Virus record (IMG/VR): IMGVR_UViG_3300021978_000001
Span: 64,001-128,000 of that record
Length of the DNA stretch: 64,000 bases
Source: a virus
Lineage: Duplodnaviria > Caudoviricetes
Reading direction: 5' to 3' (one strand)
Shown in pieces: positions 56,999 through 63,955 of the stretch. Made by a program: the position numbers and the translations under genes. Within the stretch, counting starts at the first letter, position 1; the number at the start of each line of letters is the position of its first letter. Below the pieces are notes generated by a model. That model had not been told where the DNA came from. It did not search any database and was given only the letters and a program-made list of their open reading frames with translations.

Positions 56999-57048
56999 GC
57001 ATCCCCATGATTGCTTTCACAGGGAGTTACATATAGACAGGGTAGCGA

Positions 57049-57693
57049 TCACACACCCACCTCGATCTTCTCGGGCACTTCCGCAGCCTCAGTCTCCGCC
57101 TGGAGCTTCTCCGCCTGAGCCTTTGCGGCTTCGCGCTCACGGCGCGCCTTGTAGCGTGCGTCGCGAGCATCGACGCGCTCGCGATGGATCTTGGGGAACG
57201 TCGCGACGGTCGCCTTGGCGTCCTCGACCCACGCTTCCCAGTCCGCCTCGATGCGCGCCTTCTCCGCCTCCAGGATCTCAAGGCGCTGCTTCCAGAACAC
57301 ATGGTGCGTCCCCGGACCCCAAGGTGAGGGCTTGTAGGCGTCGATGTAGTGCTTGACGCGCGCCATCACGATCCCGAACCCCACCTCATGGGTGATGTCC
57401 TGCCCGGGGTGAGCGTAAGCGATCATATCCGAGAACTTACGACCGCGCAAGAACCCGTAAGCCAGGTACATGTGGCGCAAGCGCTCGCGGATGTTCCCCA
57501 CCTCCTTGAAGGACGCACCACATCCGTAGCGACGCTTGTGCTCGCGCTGGAAGGCTGCCCAGCATGCGATCTCGCTCTGGAAGGCGCGCATGTTCACGAA
57601 GTAGTAGCGACCCTTCAGGGTACACGCTTCTGCGCGCAAGGTCTTGTTGTCGAGGTAGTTCGAGGTTTCGGTCTGTTCGGTTTCTTTCGTCAT
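57049..57693 (-). CDS. Hypothetical protein
   Basis: AAGGA RBS before MTKETEQ. Confidence 0.7.
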   Translation of the reverse strand: MTKETEQTETSNYLDNKTLRAEACTLKGRYYFVNMRAFQSEIACWAAFQREHKRRYGCGASFKEVGNIRERLRHMYLAYGFLRGRKFSDMIAYAHPGQDITHEVGFGIVMARVKHYIDAYKPSPWGPGTHHVFWKQRLEILEAEKARIEADWEAWVEDAKATVATFPKIHRERVDARDARYKARREREAAKAQAEKLQAETEAAEVPEKIEVGV

Positions 57694-57760
57694 GGTATCT
57701 GTATCCTTTGGTGTGTTCTTCACGTTCTCTCTTCACTTCTCCTGTACGCTCGGGTCAGGA

Positions 57761-58123
57761 TCACGAAGGGGGAGGGCGCGAAGACAGCGCCAAGGGCAGC
57801 TCACGTACCAGATCACGCACGACCTCATCACACGGTTCTCCGCAAAGAGGGCGCAAGGCTACAGCCGTCAGCGCTCCCTCATAGAAGGGCTCGTGGAATG
57901 CTTTGTGCGGGATGTCTTCGGTACGGAGCGTTTGGACCGCATCTGCGAGGGTCGCAGGGTCCGCAGCAAGCAACACAATACGATTCGAGATCTCGTGCCA
58001 ACACTGAACATGCTCTGGATAGTCGAGCGTGAACTCGATCGCAGCATGCAGCGCTTGAGAGGCTTGCTGTCCCGGAGACAGGTCGTCCCGGGTGATGACG
58101 TAGAATTTAGCGTTCTACAACAT
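57761..58123 (-). CDS. Pth2-like protein with in-frame TAG at codon 3 (58115-58117)
   Basis: AGGAG-N7-ATG TTG TAG AAC GCT AAA TTC TAC GTC... gives ML*NAKFYVITRDDLSPGQQASQALHAA...FHEP...TAVALRP. Confidence 0.88.
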
Positions 58124-58191
58124 GTCAAAGCTCCTGTGTGGGTAAGAGCAACACACCATGCGTTGCTTCATGTGAAAGACTATGCACACAA

Positions 58192-58218
58192 AAAAAGGAG
58201 CCGTCAAGCTCCTTTTTA
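58192..58218 (-). terminator. Terminator hairpin whose loop carries the TTGACG -35 of the next promoter
   Basis: AAAGGAGC/GCTCCTTT stem plus T-run; TTGACG-18-CATAGT. Confidence 0.65.
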
Positions 58219-58236
58219 CGTTCGAGGTGTTTTTTA

Positions 58237-58515
58237 TCACCTCATGTTCGAGATGTCCACAACCTTGCCGCGAGGTTCAGGGTCATCACCAGGGGTCAAG
58301 CGCTCGACCATGAAGCCCGCCATCGCACCACCACCGAGGCGAATCTCATCTCCTCGATTCTTGAGGTTCTTGAAGTCCTCTCGGGTCATGTCCTCATTGG
58401 CGTCGATCAATTCATCGAGTCCGCCGCGCCAGACCATCTCCATCTGGACGTTGCCCCAGTTGTCCTCGAAGATGTCGAAAACTTGCACTTCAAAGTTCGT
58501 CGTTGCGTCCGTCAT
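58237..58515 (-). CDS. Hypothetical early protein
   Basis: Behind promoter at 58570. Confidence 0.75.
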   Translation of the reverse strand: MTDATTNFEVQVFDIFEDNWGNVQMEMVWRGGLDELIDANEDMTREDFKNLKNRGDEIRLGGGAMAGFMVERLTPGDDPEPRGKVVDISNMR

Positions 58516-58600
58516 GGTATCCCTCTCTTATCGTGATCATTCAGTGTTGGTGTCTTGTCCGTACACTTCCTGATACCACAAGGGTTAGGGCGCGTAAAAG

Positions 58601-59308
58601 TCAGTTCGATAAAAACTGATCTTTTTGTCGAACGATCTCGCGCGCGATATGCACCGCGAACGCCACCGGCTTGATCACCTTGCACCCATAACGGGGCGAT
58701 TCGGAGAGCATCTCAGGGTCGTACTCATTGAGGCACTCATAGAACTTGTCCTCGCTGTCGATCGCGTGCCACAGCTCGAACCAATCAGGCTCGGAAAGCT
58801 CCTCCTCTTCGTCCAACTCCTCGCCCTCTTCGAGATCATCGAGCAGTTCCTTGTGTGCGGCAACCTCGTGATCCCACCAATCCAGGATGTCATGCGCGGC
58901 GAGCTGTCCGTCATATGCATAGGGAGAGCGCACGGGGTTGTTCCCACAGTGATACTTCTCTTCGAGGTAGCGACCCCATGCATGCTGGTCGATGAAGCGC
59001 GCGGCATCCCAGACATCCGTGCCGCGATACCGGAAACGCATGCAGCCAAACGACCAGGTATCGACGTAGATGTAGCCGTTCTTGATGTAGAACTCGCTTC
59101 CGGTCGAGAGAGATCCCTGTGAGAGCGTGATCACGGTCCCGTATGGGCCTTCCTTGACCTTGGTGATGGGGTACTCGCCTTGAAAGGTCGGGAGCACTTC
59201 AGCGTCCGCGTGCGAGCGCAGGCGGGTGAGGTATTCATTCTCGGACATACATAACTCCTGAACGCAGATGAAACGTAAAAACGGCGTGTCGAACAAGGGG
59301 TGGGTCAT
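58601..59308 (-). CDS. Hypothetical protein
   Basis: 235-aa acidic ORF. Confidence 0.7.
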   Translation of the reverse strand: MTHPLFDTPFLRFICVQELCMSENEYLTRLRSHADAEVLPTFQGEYPITKVKEGPYGTVITLSQGSLSTGSEFYIKNGYIYVDTWSFGCMRFRYRGTDVWDAARFIDQHAWGRYLEEKYHCGNNPVRSPYAYDGQLAAHDILDWWDHEVAAHKELLDDLEEGEELDEEEELSEPDWFELWHAIDSEDKFYECLNEYDPEMLSESPRYGCKVIKPVAFAVHIAREIVRQKDQFLSN

Positions 59309-59514
59309 GGATAAAGCCTCCAGGAATTTCTGCCTGGCTTCGCCTTACACGCAGAGTGGCTACGTGTAAGGTATAGGAGGTTGCACGGGATTGAACCGTG
59401 CTATCGCTCATGTCAGCCCGAAGGCACCACGCGCGAATTATCCGAGAACCATAAACCCGGCATTTCGACACGCCGTTTGGTCTCCTGAATGTCGATGTGG
59501 TTGCATGCGAGGCG

Positions 59515-59542
59515 GGACCATCCCCTCATACGAGGGGAACAT
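59515..59542 (-). CRISPR. Solitary type I-E repeat with compensatory stem change
   Basis: Plus strand GGACCATCCCCTCATACGAGGGGAACAT; a G-C pair is replaced by T-A. Confidence 0.88.
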
Positions 59543-59578
59543 ATTTCTCGCACCATTCGCAATGGAGACCGTTCTCAG

Positions 59579-59650
59579 TGGAGCTTGAGAGACTCGAACT
59601 CTCAATTCAACCTTGCAAAAGTCGTGTGATCCCAGTTTCACCAAAGCCCC
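59579..59650 (-). tRNA. tRNA-Ala(TGC)
   Basis: G3:U70; loop TTTGCAA. Confidence 0.85.
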
Positions 59651-59653
59651 AAA

Positions 59654-59738
59654 AGAAGTGAGGGTGGTCAAGGTGGTGCATATGGGGGTCCTTGTTTGCT
59701 ATAAGATAACCCATGTGCGGCATACCACCCCCACTTCT
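59654..59738 (-). ncRNA. Y/YrlA-like family RNA, short form lacking the tRNA module (unit A)
   Basis: 14-bp terminal stem, GG-TATG/CTTG-ACC internal loop, GGGTTATC motif. Confidence 0.6.
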
Positions 59739-59762
59739 GACATCTTCCTGGGAAGAAGATAG

Positions 59763-59835
59763 TGGAGCCAGGGGGTCTCGAACCCCCGACCTCGACGCTG
59801 CCAGCGTCGCGCTCTCCCAACTGAGCTATGGCCCC
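59763..59835 (-). tRNA. tRNA-Ala(GGC)
   Basis: Canonical cloverleaf; loop CTGGCAG. Confidence 0.95.
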
Positions 59836-59855
59836 GTTCGTACTATGAACGCCCC

Positions 59856-60218
59856 TCAACCGAGGGTCATTTCCCCATCACAGAGTTCGTCGATCAGCGC
59901 ATCGAGTTCCAGGGGGACTTTGCCCTCATAGAACTCGATGCGCCTTTCCTGACCGACAGCATCTCTCCACACCACCTGGTATCTCATACCATCACAGATA
60001 GAGAAACCAGGTGGAATCGGAATCTTGGGGTCGATAGGTGGAGGAAGGGTGAGAGTTTCGAGGCCCTCACCCTGGTCCAATATACCTTCCAACCGTTCAA
60101 GCATCTGGAGAGATGCAGGAGAGAGGTTCGTCTTGAGCGAAGAAAAGGTCTGCTTCAAGAGAGGAAACAACCCGCCTTCGCGGATGTACTGCACTTGAAG
60201 ATGCTTGTCTTTGCTCAT
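59856..60218 (-). CDS. Emfourin-like (M4 protease inhibitor-like) protein
   Basis: YIREGG...L..IL...D.MRY.V......I.F.E...P.EL..LIDEL pattern recalled for emfourins. Confidence 0.5.
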   Translation of the reverse strand: MSKDKHLQVQYIREGGLFPLLKQTFSSLKTNLSPASLQMLERLEGILDQGEGLETLTLPPPIDPKIPIPPGFSICDGMRYQVVWRDAVGQERRIEFYEGKVPLELDALIDELCDGEMTLG

Positions 60219-60240
60219 CAGTTGAACCTCGCTATGTAAA

Positions 60241-60379
60241 TCTGAGCCGAACAAGGTGTGGATCTGGGGGTTTAGCGTGCTACCATTACACTACCCTGGG
60301 GGTTAACCCAGGGCCGGGACTCGAACCCGGACCGCCTGATTTGCATTCAGATAACCCATCTCCGGCATCTCGGCTCAGA
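60241..60379 (-). ncRNA. YrlA-like RNA with permuted tRNA module (unit B)
   Basis: T arm CCGGG-TTCGAGT-CCCGG, then CCCTGGG-ttaacc-CCCAGGG, then D arm; 10-bp terminal stem. Confidence 0.75.
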
Positions 60380-60409
60380 ACTGTGCTCTCTCTTGTTACG
60401 AGAGAAGAT

Positions 60410-60750
60410 CAAAGGTGTGTCCACCAAGGCTGCACCCGAGTAAGGGTATATAGGTGGCATCGTTGTGTGGCCGCCGTCTACGCGCCAACTCGTGGCCTAT
60501 CGCCGTGGAGAAGGTTCGCGCACCGGGCTGGCGGGCGCCCTCATGATCGAGATTGCTCTCGACCTTAGCCTTGAGCCTTCGTGGGGAAGGGACTCTCAAG
60601 GGAGGGTGAGCTTGGCCTGACAGGTGTAACCTCGATAGGAGACTACCCCGTTTCGCTAGACCCCTCACGGGGATTCACTACCTTCGGACCGTTATTGGGA
60701 TAACCCACCTACGGCAGCTCAGGCACAGCTCTTGATGAACACACCTTTGG
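60410..60750 (-). ncRNA. Large structured RNA of unknown family containing unit C (60608-60731)
   Basis: About 19-bp long-range closing stem, GNRA-capped hairpins, no credible ORF. Confidence 0.55.
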
Positions 60751-60892
60751 AGACCTCGGAGCTTCCGAGCGCGCACCACCCCGCTAAAGATAAAGCGGCT
60801 CGGTGCTCCGAGATCCCAAAGAAAAGTCACGGTCAAAGTGATGTATATGGAATATTCTATCTCCGATAATCCATACACGGCATACCGTAACA

Positions 60893-60973
60893 AGCGAGCG
60901 ACGGGACTCGAACCCGCATGCGTTAAAGCGACAGCTTGGAAGGCTGTTGTCCGACCAGTTGGACCTCACTCGC
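60893..60973 (-). tRNA. tRNA-Gly(TCC) with an enlarged variable arm
   Basis: Loop CTTCCAA, G1C2G3/U73, 13-nt variable region. Confidence 0.8.
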
Positions 60974-61172
60974 GCATACTCGTCTCTCCGAGCTGTCACC
61001 CGGTCTGTCCCAGGTTCGTCATGCGTCACACTCTCGGGCCGCATCGCCGCACGAGGGGATCTTCAGATCGCGTGACCCCTCGTGAATCACATGCGACCTC
61101 CGGCGTCTGGTCTCGCCGGGCCACGGGATTGTGCACGCGCATCTGCGCGGATGGAATCCTCGGGCGTCAGGT

Positions 61173-61315
61173 ATTGCGTGGTCAAACGGAGCGTAACAGG
61201 AGTGTTGACTCGTGCTCTGCCGGTTGAGCTAGAAGTGCCACTCGTCATGACACAACCCGGGACTCGAACCCGGAACCACAAGTTTGGATAACCCTATCAC
61301 TGCATACCACGCAAT
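61173..61315 (-). ncRNA. YrlA-like RNA with permuted tRNA module (unit D)
   Basis: 9-bp terminal stem with GG-TATG/TTG-ACC; T arm precedes an imperfect acceptor stem and D arm. Confidence 0.7.
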
Positions 61316-61437
61316 CATGGTCCTTCTCCCTAAGATCTCCCTGAGAAGAAGGTTTGGGTTGGATGAACCTCTCACTGACACCTTGATCGACCGAAATTGA
61401 CGACAACGACAGACAAGAGGATGAGAGGTTCATCCAG

Positions 61438-61512
61438 CGACTCCTACGGGATTTGAACCCGTGGTCTCCTGCGTGACAGGCAGGCGTCCACTCCAGACTG
61501 GACCGAGGAGCC
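61438..61512 (-). tRNA. tRNA-Asp(GTC)
   Basis: Loop CTGTCAC; G73. Confidence 0.95.
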
Positions 61513-61589
61513 GAAAGTGCTCTATCCGAGCGCTTTTGTATGATACCATGGAAACCTTATCCTGGAAACCAAGGTAGCGTCAAGTACCA

Positions 61590-61661
61590 ATCCGGGAGCA
61601 GGGCTCGAACCTGCATTGCGAGGATCAAAACCTCGTGTCCTGCCAATTAGACGATCCCGGA
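61590..61661 (-). tRNA. tRNA-Gln(TTG)
   Basis: U1:A72; loop TTTTGAT. Confidence 0.9.
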
Positions 61662-61720
61662 GTAATCGTGGCCCAAGCACTGCTTCGTGCAGTGAACATC
61701 CCGAGTGCTTGAGCCACGAT

Positions 61721-61924
61721 TCACGCATGTTCGGTGCCCGTGGCTTCCTCGATAAACGAGGAAATCACATGACGTTGAACCACCGCGTGGGGTGTCGCTT
61801 GTGACTGTGACCACACCTCGATAGTGCTCATCGAAACCTCGAAACGATCGGCAAGCTCTCTGCTGCTATGCAATTCTCGCAAGTAATGCAAGGCGAACAG
61901 GAAGAGTTTATGCGTCTCATTCAT
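61721..61924 (-). CDS. Small HTH protein
   Basis: SSRELADRFEVSMSTIEVW. Confidence 0.7.
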   Translation of the reverse strand: MNETHKLFLFALHYLRELHSSRELADRFEVSMSTIEVWSQSQATPHAVVQRHVISSFIEEATGTEHA

Positions 61925-62007
61925 CGAAACCTCGATCAGTGTCGTGTCGAGTGCAGGGTCCGAAGTCAGCGAACACCGCTTCTCCCTGCACGAGCAGGGA
62001 AGATAGA

Positions 62008-62152
62008 GTACACCGGATAAGGGATGAGAGTGGATGTTTTTGGCGCTTTACCACTAAGCTACACAGCCGTAAACGATGGCTGTGGGTTGGAATCGAACCA
62101 ACCGATCTCCCCGTTAAGAGCGGATAACCCACGGCTCTTCAGCCCGATGTAC
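62008..62152 (-). ncRNA. YrlA-like RNA with permuted tRNA module (unit E)
   Basis: T arm GTTGG-TTCGATT-CCAAC, CACAGCC-9 nt-GGCTGTG, D arm; 9-bp terminal stem. Confidence 0.75.
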
Positions 62153-62154
62153 AG

Positions 62155-62227
62155 TACCACAGGTGGGGGTCGAACCCACAACATCCTGGTTTTGAACCAA
62201 GCGCCTCTTCCATTGGGCCACTGTGGC
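62155..62227 (-). tRNA. tRNA-Leu(CAA) lacking the long variable arm
   Basis: Loop TTCAAAA; 5-nt variable loop; A73. Confidence 0.8.
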
Positions 62228-62234
62228 AGGCGGA

Positions 62235-62315
62235 GTTGCATACGTCAAGGGTTTTCTGCTGGGCAGGATCGCCACCGTCGTGGATGGATCTGCCTGACCT
62301 TTACACCTATGCAAC
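62235..62315 (-). ncRNA. Hairpin RNA, possible short member of the Y-like family (unit G)
   Basis: GTTGCATA/TATGCAAC terminal stem; AAAACCCTTGAC tail motif. Confidence 0.4.
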
Positions 62316-62421
62316 AACCCTGGAGTTCCCATCTCTCCGGTCTCTACGCGTCGTCACGCACCCTGTAGGAGCTACCCCACAAGATACAGCCTCGTGACGT
62401 GTGAGGCTACGCGCTGGGAAA

Positions 62422-62494
62422 TCGACATGCCAGGACTCGAACCTGGACCACCTCTTTCGTAGAGAGGCACTCTATCCAATTAAGTTACACGTCG
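62422..62494 (-). tRNA. tRNA-Arg(ACG)
   Basis: Loop CTACGAA. Confidence 0.93.
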
Positions 62495-62609
62495 AGAATG
62501 CCTCCCAGTGTACGGTGTCGAGCACACCGAGAGGACTTTTCACTGTGGTCGTCGAGCGATCTCAGTGAGAGCGTTATGCCACACCTTACGAGAAGGTGTC
62601 AAGACAATT

Positions 62610-62870
62610 TCATTTTTTCTTGAGGTCAGCGTCGGTGAGGCTCTTTTTCTGCCAAGCCGCCTCTTCCTCTTTAGCGCATCGCTTGCTGTACCGCCACGCG
62701 ATGGCATGGTCAATACGATCAAGCTCCTCACGCTCCTCGACGGTCAAGGTGCCTTGTGCTTCGAGCGCACGTTGTTGAGCTTTGAGCCTTTCGATGTGTT
62801 TCCGATCTGCATCTTCATCAGTCATGCTTACCTCGTCTGAAAAGTACCCTGCCGTAAGTTCGCTTCTCAT
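62610..62870 (-). CDS. Hypothetical protein
   Basis: GAGGG RBS; 86 aa. Confidence 0.6.
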   Translation of the reverse strand: MRSELTAGYFSDEVSMTDEDADRKHIERLKAQQRALEAQGTLTVEEREELDRIDHAIAWRYSKRCAKEEEAAWQKKSLTDADLKKK

Positions 62871-62944
62871 GCGCCCTCGTCTTAAAGGCGCACAGAATAC
62901 CCCTCCCCAGAGGTAAAGTTTAGAATGATGAACCCGACAGGGTA

Positions 62945-63017
62945 TAGCGGGTGAGGGAATCGAACCCCCAACTGTAGGTCATGAGCCTACCGAGATATAC
63001 CGTTTCTCCAACCCGCA
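62945..63017 (-). tRNA. tRNA-Met(CAT), initiator-like
   Basis: 1:72 mismatch; loop CTCATGA. Confidence 0.85.
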
Positions 63018-63051
63018 ACAAATGAGTGTGCTGTTCCTGTGCCCCGGCGCC

Positions 63052-63195
63052 GGACCATCCCCGCATACGCGGGGAACACGCTCCACAACACACTCGGGCG
63101 CCTGGGTATACCCACGACGCAGATCCGCTTGACGGTGGAGCGACAGGCGGAAGTGGTACGGCAAGGCGAACCATCCCCGCGCACGCGGGGAACAT
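63052..63195 (-). CRISPR. Two type I-E repeats (63168-63195, 63052-63079) flanking an 88-nt insert
   Basis: 63052 copy is near-identical to the array repeats; followed by 34 nt and then tRNA-Met. Confidence 0.88.
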
Positions 63196-63235
63196 GGACC
63201 TCACGGATGCATCGACGCGAGATCTCACCATACCA

Positions 63236-63309
63236 TAGCTGGACGCGGACTCGAACCGCGAACCTCAGCCTTATCAAGACTGCGCTCTAACCTGTTGAGC
63301 TATCCAGCT
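63236..63309 (-). tRNA. tRNA-Ile(GAT)
   Basis: Loop TTGATAA. Confidence 0.93.
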
Positions 63310-63314
63310 TCAAG

Positions 63315-63403
63315 TGCTTGCCCCTGGACTCGCACCAGGATCTCTCGCGTGATGGCGAGCAGGTTACATACGGCTACCATGGATACCTTGACCCCAGACA
63401 AGC
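63315..63403 (-). tRNA. Atypical/pseudo tRNA-Tyr(GTA)
   Basis: 7-bp acceptor, D stem, long variable arm; C33 and T loop TGCGAGT are non-canonical. Confidence 0.5.
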
Positions 63404-63407
63404 AAGT

Positions 63408-63554
63408 GTACATGAATCGAACAAGGTAGTGAGCAAGGGGTTTTTACGAGTGCTACCGTTACACCACATGTCCGGGTGGACATGCTGGGACTCGAACCCA
63501 GACCACGCGCTCCGCTGGCGATAACCCTTATCTCGGTCATCTCGATTCATGTAC
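63408..63554 (-). ncRNA. YrlA-like RNA with permuted tRNA module (unit F)
   Basis: 13-bp terminal stem; T arm CTGGG-TTCGAGT-CCCAG, CATGTCC-accc-GGACATG, D arm. Confidence 0.8.
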
Positions 63555-63556
63555 AG

Positions 63557-63630
63557 TAGGGCTGACAGGAGTCGAACCTGCGACCATCTCCGTGTAAGGA
63601 AGCTGCTCTGACCAACTGAGCTACAGCCCT
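63557..63630 (-). tRNA. tRNA-Val(TAC)
   Basis: Loop CTTACAC. Confidence 0.88.
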
Positions 63631-63666
63631 GTGATGTGCTTGCTCGGATAAGGGAAGTGGCGAGCG

Positions 63667-63757
63667 GCGCCATCCCCGCATGCGCGGGGAACACTAAATC
63701 TGAACAAACACAAGCAGAGCGCCCGAGATGAACCATCCCAGCATATGCAGGGAAATC
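63667..63757 (-). CRISPR. Two type I-E repeats (63730-63757 degenerate, 63667-63694) with a 35-nt spacer
   Basis: Followed by 36 nt and then tRNA-Val. Confidence 0.8.
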
Positions 63758-63926
63758 AACGTATGCCTTTCGCGCTCTGTGGTGAAAGGTAGCTGGGTAC
63801 CGTTGACTCTCCCGTAGGAGCGGCCCCTGCTTGCCTCTCACGCTTTGTTATGCGTGCGTTCCTATTCACTTGTCAAAGATCTTGAGTCGTTGGCGTTGTG
63901 CGTTGCACCGTCGCCGTGACATCAAC

Positions 63927-63955
63927 CGTTATGCCTTGTTCAAATCATGCTGTCA
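63927..63955 (-). promoter_or_regulatory. Sigma70-like promoter upstream of the RNA cluster (TTGACA-17-CATAAC)
   Basis: Read on the minus strand. Confidence 0.6.

Noticed and set aside
60328-60350. Unit B hairpin TCTGA-ATGCAAA-TCAGG read as a tRNA-Cys(GCA) anticodon arm
   Set aside because: The equivalent position in units D, E and F holds unrelated variable hairpins, and the D-arm tail does not pair with it; better explained as the variable element of the family.
60975-61170. Additional hairpin-rich segment between tRNA-Gly and unit D
   Set aside because: Only one clear stem (CACGAGGGG/CCCCTCGTG); not enough to call an RNA without folding or covariation data.
60241-63554. Intron-split tandem tRNA genes as an explanation for the half-tRNAs
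   Set aside because: Each 3' half pairs with the 5' half that immediately follows it, not with an upstream one, and each unit is enclosed by its own terminal stem.
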